Of a stretch of 59,965 nt of DNA, positions 9,562-18,949 are shown piece by piece (the first letter of the stretch is position 1; each line of letters opens with the position of its first letter). This DNA comes from Flavobacteriaceae bacterium. GTDB lineage: Bacteria > Bacteroidota > Bacteroidia > Flavobacteriales > Flavobacteriaceae. The position numbers and the translations under genes are program-made. Under the pieces are notes generated by a model. That model saw nothing but the letters and a program-made list of their open reading frames with translations, was not told the origin of the DNA and did not search any database. The DNA lies in NCBI GenBank assembly GCA_034110725.1, contig JAWUYQ010000068.1:1-59965 (forward strand). Reading direction: 5' to 3'.

Positions 9562-10146
9562 TTAATAAAAAATCCCTTTTATACCTGAGGTGAATAATTT
9601 TACAGCAATCGCTAATAGGATAATCCCAAATACCTTTTCGATTATTGCAATACCACTTTTACCTAATTTATTTTCAAACCAACCACTCATTTTCAATACT
9701 AGAAAAACGAAAGCGATATTCAGTATGATGGCAATAACAATATTTACGGATTCATATTCAGCCCTAAGTGATAAAATTGAGGTCATACTACCTGCTCCTG
9801 CAATCATAGGAAAGGCAAGCGGTACGATTGAGGCTGTTTTAGCTGTATTTTCATCTTCTTTAAAAAGATTGATTCCTAAAACCATTTCTAAAGCCATAAA
9901 GAAAAGGATAAATGCACCTGCTATACCGAAAGATGCAGCATCAATACCAATAAATTGTAATATTTTTTCTCCTAAAAAAAGAAATAAGATCATAATACTT
10001 CCAGCAACTATGGATGCTTTTCCACTTTCAATACTTCCTCCAGCATTAGCTTTAAGTTTTACAACTACTGGTAGAGAACCTATAATGTCAATAACAGCAA
10101 ATAGTATCATACTTGCTTTTGCGATTTCAAGAATATCTATATTCAT
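9562..10146 (-). CDS. MarC family (UPF0056) integral membrane protein
   Basis: 194 aa with about 6 TM helices. The N-terminal ...LFAVIDIIGSLPV... is typical of MarC/UPF0056. Confidence 0.8.
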   Translation of the reverse strand: MNIDILEIAKASMILFAVIDIIGSLPVVVKLKANAGGSIESGKASIVAGSIMILFLFLGEKILQFIGIDAASFGIAGAFILFFMALEMVLGINLFKEDENTAKTASIVPLAFPMIAGAGSMTSILSLRAEYESVNIVIAIILNIAFVFLVLKMSGWFENKLGKSGIAIIEKVFGIILLAIAVKLFTSGIKGIFY

Positions 10147-10253
10147 AGGAATAATTTTTATGCAAAATTATACTTTAAAATTAATTCTAGTCTTATAAAA
10201 CCACTAAAAGAATTACTTTTGTGGCGTAAAGATACTAAAAAGAGGATGTTGAG

Positions 10254-10823
10254 ATGTTTCAATTAGGAAAAACGATTGTTTCTGAGGATGTTATTGAAAA
10301 AGACTTTGTATGTAATTTAAGTGCATGCAAAGGCGAATGTTGTATTTCTGGAGATGCTGGAGCTCCTTTAGAAAAAGATGAGGTTGAAATATTAAAAGAA
10401 ATTTACCCCAAAGTAAAACCTTTTTTAAGGAAAGAAGGGATTGAGGCAATTGAGCAGCAAGGAACTTCTATTACTACGGATTTTGGAGATCTAGAAACAC
10501 CTCTAGTAAATAATGCCGAATGTGCATATGTTATTTTTGGAGATGATAAAACTACTTTGTGTGGTATTGAAGCAGCACATATTGCAGGTGAAATAGATTG
10601 GAAAAAACCAATATCATGTCACTTATATCCTGTAAGAGTACAGAATTATAGTTCGTTCTCGGCAGTTAATTATCATAGTTGGTCAATTTGTGATGATGCA
10701 TGCACTTTAGGGGCAGAGTTAAAGGTTCCAACATATAAATTTCTAAAAGAACCATTAATACGTAAGTTTGGAGAAAGCTGGTATGCTGAATTAGAAAAAG
10801 CAGCCAAAGGACACACAAAATAA
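10254..10823 (+). CDS. DUF3109 family Cys-rich protein
   Basis: C..S.CKGECC...G cluster near the N-terminus plus later conserved Cys residues; size about 190 aa. Confidence 0.65.
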   Translation: MFQLGKTIVSEDVIEKDFVCNLSACKGECCISGDAGAPLEKDEVEILKEIYPKVKPFLRKEGIEAIEQQGTSITTDFGDLETPLVNNAECAYVIFGDDKTTLCGIEAAHIAGEIDWKKPISCHLYPVRVQNYSSFSAVNYHSWSICDDACTLGAELKVPTYKFLKEPLIRKFGESWYAELEKAAKGHTK

Positions 10824-11227
10824 CTTTTGCTAACAGTCTTAAAACTCCTTGTTTTATCACTTGTCATCGATAAACGGTATATTTAACCCGTTGTTTATGA
10901 GTAAGTTAGCTGTTAACACTTGTTAACATCAATAAACACAAGGTGTTACCAATATTGTTGAAAACTTGTTGAAAAGCTCTGTTGTTTTTTTGCTAAATAT
11001 CTAATCCAATTTTGAATATTTGTATAACAGAAAACAAATTAGATTTTATGTTTTTATAAGGTGAGGGAAATACAGTTAAAAATCCCTACAATTATAGAAA
11101 ATGAACATTACTTTTTTTGCGCCCAAATAAAAAAAGAATAATATAACCTTGTTTTAGGAATAAATAAATACTGAATGATATACATCATATTGTTCATTAA
11201 TTGATAGACTTTTTTAGTGAAATAACT

Positions 11228-12502
11228 ATGGAAATTACACAAATAATAAAAAGAGATTATGAGACGAGTGAGTTTGTTTTAAACAAAATCACAAATGCAA
11301 TAGAAAAAGCAATGATATCTGTTGATAATGGTACTAGAGCTGATGCAGAAATGATTTCTCAAAATGTGTTAAAATCACTTTTAGAAAGAAAGGAAAATCA
11401 TGTTAATTATATTCCAACAGTAGAGCAAGTTCAAGATATTGTTGAAGATGAGTTAATGCATAGTGCCTTCCCTCATGTTGCAAAAGCGTACATTTTATAT
11501 AGAAATGAGCAAGCAAGAAACAGAGAGACAAATATTTTTGAGAAGCGAATTAATTTAAAGCCTTATGAGTATCCGCAACTTAATGAGTATGTAGATGCGA
11601 TTAGACACTCTTATTGGATTCATACAGAATTTAATTACACTAGTGATATTCAGGATTTCAAAACAGGTTTAAATGATGCTGAACGTAGTGCAATAAAAAA
11701 TACGATGTTGGCTATTTCCCAAATAGAAGTTGCTGTTAAAACTTTTTGGGGAGATATTTATAATAAAATGCCTAAACCAGAAATTGGTTCTGTAGGAGCA
11801 ACATTTGCAGAAAGTGAAGTGCGTCATCATGATGCTTATTCTCACTTGTTGGAGATATTAGGTTTAAATAATGAGTTTAAAAACTTAAAAAAGAAGCCTG
11901 TAATTATGAGGCGTGTTCATTATTTAGAAACCGCTGTTAAAAATGCTAAAAGTGAAGACAATAAAGAGTTTGCAGAGTCAATATTACTGTTTTCGTTGTT
12001 TATAGAACATGTATCGTTGTTTTCTCAGTTTCTGATAATAATGGCATTTAATAAACATAAAAACGTACTAAAGGGGATTTCTAATGTAGTAGAAGCAACT
12101 TCTAAAGAGGAGCAAATACACGGTGATTTTGGTATAGATGTTATTAAAATTATAAAAGCAGAAAACCCAACTTGGTTTAATAAAGAATATGAGTTATTAA
12201 CTCAAGAATTATGTAGAGAAGCATATGAATCTGAAAGTAAAATTATTGACTGGATTTTTGAAGAAGGAGAATTAGATTTCTTGCCAAAAGCAGTAATAAA
12301 TGAGTTTATAAAAAACCGTTTTAATAATTCATTAGAAAGTATCAATATCGGAAAAGTTTTCGAAGTAGATGAAAAGTTATTAGCGGAAACAGAATGGTTT
12401 GACGATGAGATTATTGGGACTAAACACGGGGATTTCTTCGTAAAAAGATCTATCGCTTACACCAAAAGAAGTAAAAGTATAACCAGTGACGACCTATTTT
12501 AA
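11228..12502 (+). CDS. nrdB: class I ribonucleotide reductase beta subunit with an N-terminal ATP-cone
   Basis: Residues 1 to about 95 (IIKRDYETSEF....VAKAYILYRNEQ) form an ATP-cone. The remainder is a ferritin-like R2 (ESEVRHHDAY..., EEQIHGDF). The ATG at 11228 is preferred over the tracked TTG at 11201. Confidence 0.9.
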   Translation: MEITQIIKRDYETSEFVLNKITNAIEKAMISVDNGTRADAEMISQNVLKSLLERKENHVNYIPTVEQVQDIVEDELMHSAFPHVAKAYILYRNEQARNRETNIFEKRINLKPYEYPQLNEYVDAIRHSYWIHTEFNYTSDIQDFKTGLNDAERSAIKNTMLAISQIEVAVKTFWGDIYNKMPKPEIGSVGATFAESEVRHHDAYSHLLEILGLNNEFKNLKKKPVIMRRVHYLETAVKNAKSEDNKEFAESILLFSLFIEHVSLFSQFLIIMAFNKHKNVLKGISNVVEATSKEEQIHGDFGIDVIKIIKAENPTWFNKEYELLTQELCREAYESESKIIDWIFEEGELDFLPKAVINEFIKNRFNNSLESINIGKVFEVDEKLLAETEWFDDEIIGTKHGDFFVKRSIAYTKRSKSITSDDLF

Positions 12503-12505
12503 ATT

Positions 12506-14293
12506 ATGAACAAAGACGTACTAACCACACAGAATCAAAGTCAAACATCAACTGAACAAGATAAATTGATGGAAGCAAGAAAAGCAGCTTTACAAGCTGA
12601 AAAGTCAAATCGTCAGCCTGAAATTAAATGGTTAACGGAAAATAGTCGTAAGTTTTTAGAATCAGGATATCTTACTGATGGGGCAACTCCAGAAGGAAGA
12701 ATAAGAGAGATCGCTGAAAATGCAGAAAAAATCTTGAAAATAGATGGTTTTGCAGATAAGTTCTATGGTTATATGGCAGAAGGGTATTACTCTTTAGCGT
12801 CACCAGTTTGGTCAAACTTCGGTAAAAAAAGAGGATTGCCAATTAGCTGTTTCGGTTCACATATAGCTGATGATATGGGGGATATTTTATTCACTCAGTC
12901 AGAAGTGGGTATGATGTCAAAATTAGGTGGAGGAACATCTGGTTATTTTGGTAAATTACGTCACAGAGGAGCACCAGTTAAAAATAACGGGAAATCTTCT
13001 GGAGCTGTACATATTATGCAATTGTTTGAAAAAATGGTTGATGTAGTTAGTCAAGGTTCTGTAAGAAGAGGTCGTTTTGCACCTTACTTACCTATCGATC
13101 ATCCAGATGTAATGGAGTTTTTAGAAATTGGTTCTGAAGGAAATCCTATACAAGAGTTGACGCATGGTGTTACCGTGAGCGACAAGTGGATGGAAGAAAT
13201 GAGAGATGGTGATGTTGCTAAAAGAACAATTTGGGCAAAAGTATTACAATCTAGATCAGAAGTTGGTTATCCATATATATTGTTTAGAGACAACGTAAAT
13301 AACAATGCAGCAGACGTTTATAAAGATAAAAACTTGGAAATTTATGCAAGTAATCTTTGTACAGAAATTATGTTGCCATCAAATGAAAAATGGTCATTTG
13401 TATGTTGTTTATCTTCTATAAATTTATTGCATTATGATAAGTGGAAAGATACTGACGCTGTAGAAACGTTAACGTACTTTTTGGATGCGGTAATGGAAGA
13501 GTTTATTACGAAGTTAGAAGACTTTAGAGATTCTGATGAACGTGATGATAGACTTACGTTTGACTTCATGGAAAAAGCGTATACTTTCGCAAAAGAAAAC
13601 AGAGCATTAGGATTAGGTGCTTTAGGATGGCATTCATTATTGCAATCAAAAATGTTACCTTTTGATAGTCAAGAAGCATTTAATTTAAATTCTGAAATCT
13701 TTAAAGCAATAAAAGATAAATCATATAAAGCTTCTGAAGAGTTAGCTACATTATATGGTGAACCTGAAGTTTTAAAAGGATATGGACGTAGAAATACAAC
13801 TTTAAATGCAGTAGCTCCAACAACATCTTCAGCATTTATTTTAGGGCAAGTATCTCAAGGAATTGAGCCAATATGGTCTAATAGTTATGTGAAGGATATT
13901 GCTAAGATAAAAACAACAATTAAAAATCCGTTTTTAGTTCAGTTGTTGGAAGAAAAAGGTCAAAATACTGGTGAAGTATGGAGAAGCATCCGTGATTATG
14001 ACGGATCTGTACAGCATTTAGAATTCCTTACTGATCATGAAAGAGAGGTGTTTAAAACATATCCGGAAATTGATCAAATGACGGTTATATATCAAGCCGC
14101 AAACAGGCAAAATCATATTGATCAAGGACAATCTATTAATGTTATGGTGCATCCTGATATGCCAACAAAGGACTTGAATAATTTATATATGACTGCTTGG
14201 AAATTGGGTATAAAATCAATGTACTACCAACACAGCATGAATGCTGCTCAGAAATTCAAACAAAAGAAAGAGTGCACAAGTTGCGAAGGGTAA
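12506..14293 (+). CDS. nrdA: class I ribonucleotide reductase alpha subunit (no ATP-cone)
   Basis: RNR large-subunit core (NLCTEI, catalytic Cys region, C-terminal CxxC in KECTSCEG). It starts 3 nt after nrdB. The N-terminus is a short low-complexity segment, not an ATP-cone. Confidence 0.9.
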   Translation: MNKDVLTTQNQSQTSTEQDKLMEARKAALQAEKSNRQPEIKWLTENSRKFLESGYLTDGATPEGRIREIAENAEKILKIDGFADKFYGYMAEGYYSLASPVWSNFGKKRGLPISCFGSHIADDMGDILFTQSEVGMMSKLGGGTSGYFGKLRHRGAPVKNNGKSSGAVHIMQLFEKMVDVVSQGSVRRGRFAPYLPIDHPDVMEFLEIGSEGNPIQELTHGVTVSDKWMEEMRDGDVAKRTIWAKVLQSRSEVGYPYILFRDNVNNNAADVYKDKNLEIYASNLCTEIMLPSNEKWSFVCCLSSINLLHYDKWKDTDAVETLTYFLDAVMEEFITKLEDFRDSDERDDRLTFDFMEKAYTFAKENRALGLGALGWHSLLQSKMLPFDSQEAFNLNSEIFKAIKDKSYKASEELATLYGEPEVLKGYGRRNTTLNAVAPTTSSAFILGQVSQGIEPIWSNSYVKDIAKIKTTIKNPFLVQLLEEKGQNTGEVWRSIRDYDGSVQHLEFLTDHEREVFKTYPEIDQMTVIYQAANRQNHIDQGQSINVMVHPDMPTKDLNNLYMTAWKLGIKSMYYQHSMNAAQKFKQKKECTSCEG

Positions 14294-14323
14294 TATCAAT
14301 AAAATATCCAAATATAAATAGTT

Positions 14324-14353
14324 AAAAACCCAGCGCATAGCGCTGGGTTTTTT
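14324..14353 (+). terminator. rho-independent terminator after nrdA
   Basis: 8-bp GC-rich stem 14329-14336/14340-14347 (CCCAGCGC/GCGCTGGG), then T6. Confidence 0.75.
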
Positions 14354-14461
14354 GCGTTTATAATTTCATTTTAAAATTATAGTTGAAATTTAATAATTAG
14401 GTGTTGCCTAAAAAGTCGTTAATTTTTCGTAAATTAATACTGATAATCAATACGTTGCATT

Positions 14462-14917
14462 ATGAAATCAAATACACTTTATATTAAATATGGGTTACTA
14501 ATAGCTGTAGCACTAATTGCTTATTTTTTATTAATTAGACTTGTAGGACTCCATGATAATCACTGGTTAAGGATTGTAAACGGAGTTATAGTAGCGTATG
14601 GAATTTATTCAGTAATTAAAAAGAAGAAAAGTATTGAGAAAGATAGTTTTGAATATTTTTCAGGCTTTGGTACTGGTATTTTAACTGGAGCTATTGCAAC
14701 CATTATTTTTGTTTGTTTTATGGGGGTATATTTATTTCATATAGAACCTCCATTTGCGGAGTTGTTAATGGAGTATTTAGCCGGAGCAGGTGGTCCTGAA
14801 ATATTATTATTGATATTAGCTATTGAAGGAGTTAGTTCTTCGGTGATTTTATCCTTAACGTTTATGCAGAAGTTTAAAGTGTCAAGAAATATTAGCGAAA
14901 AGCAAGTTTCCACTTAA
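14462..14917 (+). CDS. DUF4199 family membrane protein
   Basis: 151 aa with 4 TM helices and the KYGLLIA...Y start typical of DUF4199. Confidence 0.55.
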   Translation: MKSNTLYIKYGLLIAVALIAYFLLIRLVGLHDNHWLRIVNGVIVAYGIYSVIKKKKSIEKDSFEYFSGFGTGILTGAIATIIFVCFMGVYLFHIEPPFAELLMEYLAGAGGPEILLLILAIEGVSSSVILSLTFMQKFKVSRNISEKQVST

Positions 14918-14936
14918 GAATGAAATATTAACATAC

Positions 14937-14971
14937 AAAAAGAGCATCTATTTTAAATAGATGCTCTTTTT
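14937..14971. terminator. bidirectional rho-independent terminator
   Basis: 12-bp stem 14941-14952/14956-14967 flanked by A4 and T4, between convergent genes. Confidence 0.7.
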
Positions 14972-14998
14972 GTTTTCCCTAATCTCGAGAATTATTAG

Positions 14999-15718
14999 TT
15001 ATGCTTTTGCTTTACAACAAGCTTTTTCACATCCTGGTTTACAAGTCTTTCCTTCTAGTTTTTTAGCAGCACATTTAGCTTTACATTCAGCAGTTTTAGC
15101 AGCGCACTTAGCACAGTCAGCTTTTGTGCAATCAGCACTACATTTCATGGTGCATTTTTTTCCATCTTTAGCTGAGCAAGTTTTTCCTGCTAATTTTTTA
15201 GCAGCACATTTAGCTTTACATTCAGCAGTTTTAGCTGCGCATTTAGCACAGTCAGCTTTTGTGCAATCAGCACTACATTTTACGACACATTTTTTAGCGT
15301 CTTTTGCGCAGCATGCTTTTGTACAGTCTGCCTTACATCCTTTATTGGTAGCTGTTTGAAAGTTAGAGACTTTAAACTGGTCACCATTCGCTACAACACG
15401 TTTGGTTAATAGGTCTGTAGTTACTTGATCAACGTCATATTCAACAACAGCGGTTTTACTTTCAAAGTTAACAGTGGCACTTTTAACACCATCCATTTTC
15501 CCTAAACTCTTTTCAATTTTAGCTGCGCATCCTATAGCACAAGTCATTCCATCAATATTAAACTCAACTTTTGCTAATGTAGCATTTTCAGAAATAGTTG
15601 ATTTTTTTACTTCTTCTATAGTGTCAATAGCAACAACTTCAGCTTCTTTTTGTTCTTTTTTACAAGAAATGGTAGCTAAAAAAGCAAATGCAATAGCTAC
15701 ATATTTTAATGTTTTCAT
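14999..15718 (-). CDS. heavy-metal-associated (HMA) domain lipoprotein with a Cys/Lys/Ala-rich repeat tail
   Basis: Lipobox (FLATISC). An HMA fold with GMTCAIGC lies at about 15374-15574. The C-terminal ~115 aa hold roughly 25 Cys in CxxxC/CxxC spacing. Confidence 0.8.
   Translation of the reverse strand: MKTLKYVAIAFAFLATISCKKEQKEAEVVAIDTIEEVKKSTISENATLAKVEFNIDGMTCAIGCAAKIEKSLGKMDGVKSATVNFESKTAVVEYDVDQVTTDLLTKRVVANGDQFKVSNFQTATNKGCKADCTKACCAKDAKKCVVKCSADCTKADCAKCAAKTAECKAKCAAKKLAGKTCSAKDGKKCTMKCSADCTKADCAKCAAKTAECKAKCAAKKLEGKTCKPGCEKACCKAKA
15045..15310 (-). repeat. 2 x 135-bp in-frame tandem duplication inside the HMA gene
   Basis: TTTTAGCAGCACATTTAGCTTTACATTCAGCAGTTTTAGC... begins at 15061 and again at 15196 (period 135 bp = 45 aa) with only a few mismatches. 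Confidence 0.85.
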
Positions 15719-15798
15719 CTTAAGTATATTAAAAGTGTTTGTTTTACAAATTTAAGAAAAGCAACTGATTATTGTGTTATATTTTTCATTTTTGCAGG

Positions 15799-16674
15799 AT
15801 GGATAATAAAAAACTAAAGTGGCTTTTTTTGGTGATTCTTTCTGTTATTTGGGGAAGTTCGTTTATTTTAATAAAAAAAGGATTGATAGGTTTGTCAGCA
15901 TATCAATTAGGTTCATTGCGAATTATTTTTACAGCAATATTTTTATTTCTTGTAGGGTTTAAAAGCATTAGTAAAATTGAAAAGCGACATTATAAACCGG
16001 TTTTTATTTCAGCATTACTAGGTACTTTTATTCCAGTATATATGTTTGCTTTAGCGGAAACTGAAATAGATAGTTCAATAGCATCAATATTAAATTCACT
16101 AACGCCATTGAATACATTGATATTTGGTTTTTTCTTTTTTAAAATGTCATTTAACAAAAATCAGTTATTAGGAGTTGTGATAGGTTTGTTGGGGACGTTA
16201 ATGTTGATTGTTAGTGGGTCAAATCTTAATCCAGATCAGAATTATTGGTTTAGTATTTTTGTGTTAATAGCATCTGTTTGTTATGCGTTTAATGTAAGTA
16301 TTATAAAAACATATCTTCAGGATTTGAATGCTATGAGTATAGCTGTAGGGAATTTTGCTGTAATAACTATCCCTGCTTTAATAGTGTTAATATGCACAGG
16401 TTTCTTTAAAACTGAAGTGATTACTTCGGATATTGTGCAATCATCAATGTTGTATTTGGTGTTGCTAGCGATTTTTGGAACGGGTATAGCTAAAGTTATG
16501 TTTAATAGATTGGTTCAAATTTCGACTCCCATATTTTCTTCATCGGTGACGTATACTATCCCAGTTGTTGCGTTAATATGGGGTATGTTAGATGGAGAGA
16601 AATTAAACATAGTACAGATATTAGCAACAGGTATTATTTTATTAGGTGTGTTTTTAGCTAATCGAAAAAATTAA
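15799..16674 (+). CDS. EamA/DMT family transporter
   Basis: About 10 TM helices in two EamA-type halves. The ATG at 15799 (MDNKKLKW...) is preferred over the tracked 15772. Confidence 0.8.
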   Translation: MDNKKLKWLFLVILSVIWGSSFILIKKGLIGLSAYQLGSLRIIFTAIFLFLVGFKSISKIEKRHYKPVFISALLGTFIPVYMFALAETEIDSSIASILNSLTPLNTLIFGFFFFKMSFNKNQLLGVVIGLLGTLMLIVSGSNLNPDQNYWFSIFVLIASVCYAFNVSIIKTYLQDLNAMSIAVGNFAVITIPALIVLICTGFFKTEVITSDIVQSSMLYLVLLAIFGTGIAKVMFNRLVQISTPIFSSSVTYTIPVVALIWGMLDGEKLNIVQILATGIILLGVFLANRKN

Positions 16675-16786
16675 CCCCACCAGTGGGTTTGATGAACTAA
16701 GACTTGCTTTGATAAATATTGTTATTATTCAATTCATTTCTCGTTTGCTTGTGCCGAGTATATTGTTATTAAGTATATTTAAAGCA

Positions 16787-16820
16787 TAAAAAAAGCTGAA
16801 ACTAACGTTTCAGCTTTTTT
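16787..16820. terminator. bidirectional rho-independent terminator
   Basis: 8-bp stem 16794-16801/16806-16813 flanked by A7 and T7, between convergent genes. Confidence 0.7.
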
Positions 16821-16851
16821 TCTAATAAGAAAGGTATTCTCTTAAGAAATA

Positions 16852-18942
16852 TTATTTAAAGTCAGCTTCAGTAACATCTTCGTTAACTGTTGCTTTTTTA
16901 ATAATCATTCCAAATGTTTGAGGACCTTGTTTTGTAGTCATACTAAAAGGGAATTGAATACCGCTAGTTGGCGTATAATTTCCGTATTCAGTAGAAATAC
17001 TTATTTTCTGACCCTGAGCTTCTTTTGTAGTTTCAGATTTAACTAAATAACCCGATTTAGCATTGTAATATCTAAATTCTGGCTCTCCAGACCCAGTGAC
17101 TTTTAATTTGTATGCATCTTCTCCGTTTATAGAAGTCATGCTTTCTAAAGTAACTTTAGACATGTTTAGAGATAATTCATTAAACATTACGTTCTTACTT
17201 TTAGATTCAGCAACATCCTCTGCAGACATAGGTTGTTTTTGACCCATTTGTGCAGTGTAACCTGCTTCTCCATCAAAAACTTGTTTCATCACTACTCCAG
17301 CTTGTGGGTGAGTTACTTCCATGGCGTTTTTGTTAGGAGTCATCTTTTTCATTTGAATCCCCATAACTTGCCCCATAGCATTCATATCTCCAGAAAAAAC
17401 TAATGTTTTAACTTTCGAGACAGCATCTTTACCGCCAATAGCTTTAAAATAAGTGTCAATTACTGACTGAGCAGTAACTCCTTTAGGTAATGGCTTAGAA
17501 AATACTGGCTTTTCAGTTGAATTACCATACTTATCAAAATACTTAACAGGTATTTTTTTACCGTTATGCGTTAACTTTTCTAAACTTTCTACAACATCAC
17601 TTCCTTTACCAGCGATAACAATTCTAGAGTTATCGGCTAAGAAATATTTGTTTGCAACTCTTTTTACATCAGCAATTGTAACTGCATTAATTTTCTTTAA
17701 GAAAGTTTCGTAATAATCTGCTGGTAACTTGTTTGTTTCAATGTTTAAAGCATAACGAGAAATAGTTTGAGGCTTTTCCATTGCTAAAACAAATGCACCT
17801 AAATATTCTGCCTTGATGTCTTTTAATTTTTTTATAGAGATATCTTTAGTTCTGATATTGTTTATTTCATTTAAAAATTCAACTACAGCACTATCAGTAA
17901 CAGTATTTCTAACACTTGCAGAAGCAGAAAATAATGTTTGAGTATTTTTATTAGGTCTTAATGAAGAACCTGCTCCATAAGTCCACCCATTAGCTTCCCT
18001 CAAATTTTGATTTAGCATACTTTCTAAACTACCACCTCCTAAAATTTTGTTTGCTATTAAAGCAGCGTGATAATCAGTATCGTTCATTTTAAGATTAACA
18101 GTGTTTACAACTGCAATTTCAGATTGTACTGCATCAGGCATGTCTACAAAGTTTACTTGCGTAAACTGAACGTTTTTAACAGTAGGTACAGAGATTGCTG
18201 GTGCTAAGCCTTTTCTCCAGTTACTAAAGTTTTCAGTAACTACTTTTTTTACATCTTTATATTTTACATCTCCGATAATAACTAAGTATGCATTATCAGG
18301 AACAAAGTAGTTTTGGTAAAACTCATTAACATCAGCTAAAGTAACATTAGTAATAGTTTCTTTAGAAATATATTCTCCATAAGGATGATTCTTACCATAG
18401 GCTAAAAAATATTTTACTCTGTCTGAGATTGATTTTATATTCTTCTCTTCATTTTTAATACCTTCTAAGCTTTTTGTTTTTTCCTTGTCAAACTCTTCTT
18501 GTGTAAAATTTGGATTAATTGCTGCATCAGCCATTAAAGTAACCAAACGATTAAAATACTTTGATAATCCACTAGTAAATCCTCCGTTAGCACCTAAATT
18601 AAGGTTAGCTCCCATGTAATCTACTTCTTCGTTAAAAGTATCTTTACTGATTGTTTTAGATCCTTTTCCTAGCATTGCTCCAGCCAAATCTGAAACACCA
18701 GCTTTGTCTCCTTCAAATACTAAAGGGTTATCTAAACTTAAGTTTATAGATACTCTTGGTAGTTTATGGTTTTCAACAACCATAACTTTTAATCCGTTAG
18801 ATAATGTGAACGATTGTGGCTTACCAATATTGATTTTAGGAGCTGGTCCTGATATTGGTTGCTTTGATCTATCTATTTGCCCGTGCATAGTTGTTATACC
18901 CATAAAAACTAATGCTATTAGTGATAAAATTTTTGTCTTCAT
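16852..18942 (-). CDS. M16 family peptidase-like protein, probably the non-catalytic partner
   Basis: Signal peptide and a two-lobe pitrilysin architecture, but no HxxEH motif in the N-terminal lobe. A C-terminal extension of about 220 aa follows. The gene lies 7 nt downstream of the catalytic M16 gene. Confidence 0.8.
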   Translation of the reverse strand: MKTKILSLIALVFMGITTMHGQIDRSKQPISGPAPKINIGKPQSFTLSNGLKVMVVENHKLPRVSINLSLDNPLVFEGDKAGVSDLAGAMLGKGSKTISKDTFNEEVDYMGANLNLGANGGFTSGLSKYFNRLVTLMADAAINPNFTQEEFDKEKTKSLEGIKNEEKNIKSISDRVKYFLAYGKNHPYGEYISKETITNVTLADVNEFYQNYFVPDNAYLVIIGDVKYKDVKKVVTENFSNWRKGLAPAISVPTVKNVQFTQVNFVDMPDAVQSEIAVVNTVNLKMNDTDYHAALIANKILGGGSLESMLNQNLREANGWTYGAGSSLRPNKNTQTLFSASASVRNTVTDSAVVEFLNEINNIRTKDISIKKLKDIKAEYLGAFVLAMEKPQTISRYALNIETNKLPADYYETFLKKINAVTIADVKRVANKYFLADNSRIVIAGKGSDVVESLEKLTHNGKKIPVKYFDKYGNSTEKPVFSKPLPKGVTAQSVIDTYFKAIGGKDAVSKVKTLVFSGDMNAMGQVMGIQMKKMTPNKNAMEVTHPQAGVVMKQVFDGEAGYTAQMGQKQPMSAEDVAESKSKNVMFNELSLNMSKVTLESMTSINGEDAYKLKVTGSGEPEFRYYNAKSGYLVKSETTKEAQGQKISISTEYGNYTPTSGIQFPFSMTTKQGPQTFGMIIKKATVNEDVTEADFK

Positions 18943-18949
18943 CTGTGCT

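Noticed and set aside
9590-10198. 202-aa ORF on the + strand covering the whole MarC gene
   Set aside because: It is antisense to a gene with a clear MarC-family membrane topology. Its translation is low-complexity (I/P/S/A-rich) with no recognisable motif. This is a typical shadow ORF in AT-rich DNA.
10824-11227. Cobalamin riboswitch or NrdR boxes upstream of nrdB
   Set aside because: I found no B12-box-like GC-rich core and no paired NrdR-box palindromes when reading either strand. Only the TGTTRA array is present, and it is reported separately.
15045-15310. Tandem repeats as a possible CRISPR array or satellite
   Set aside because: There are only two units of 135 bp, with no spacers, in frame within a coding sequence. 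This is a coding duplication, not a CRISPR array.
14961-15359. 132-aa + strand ORF with repeated LAAHLALHSAVLAAHLAQSAFVQSALHF units
   Set aside because: It is the reverse-complement reading of the Cys/Lys/Ala repeat of the HMA lipoprotein gene. The repeat structure explains the open frame. It has no independent start context or signal.
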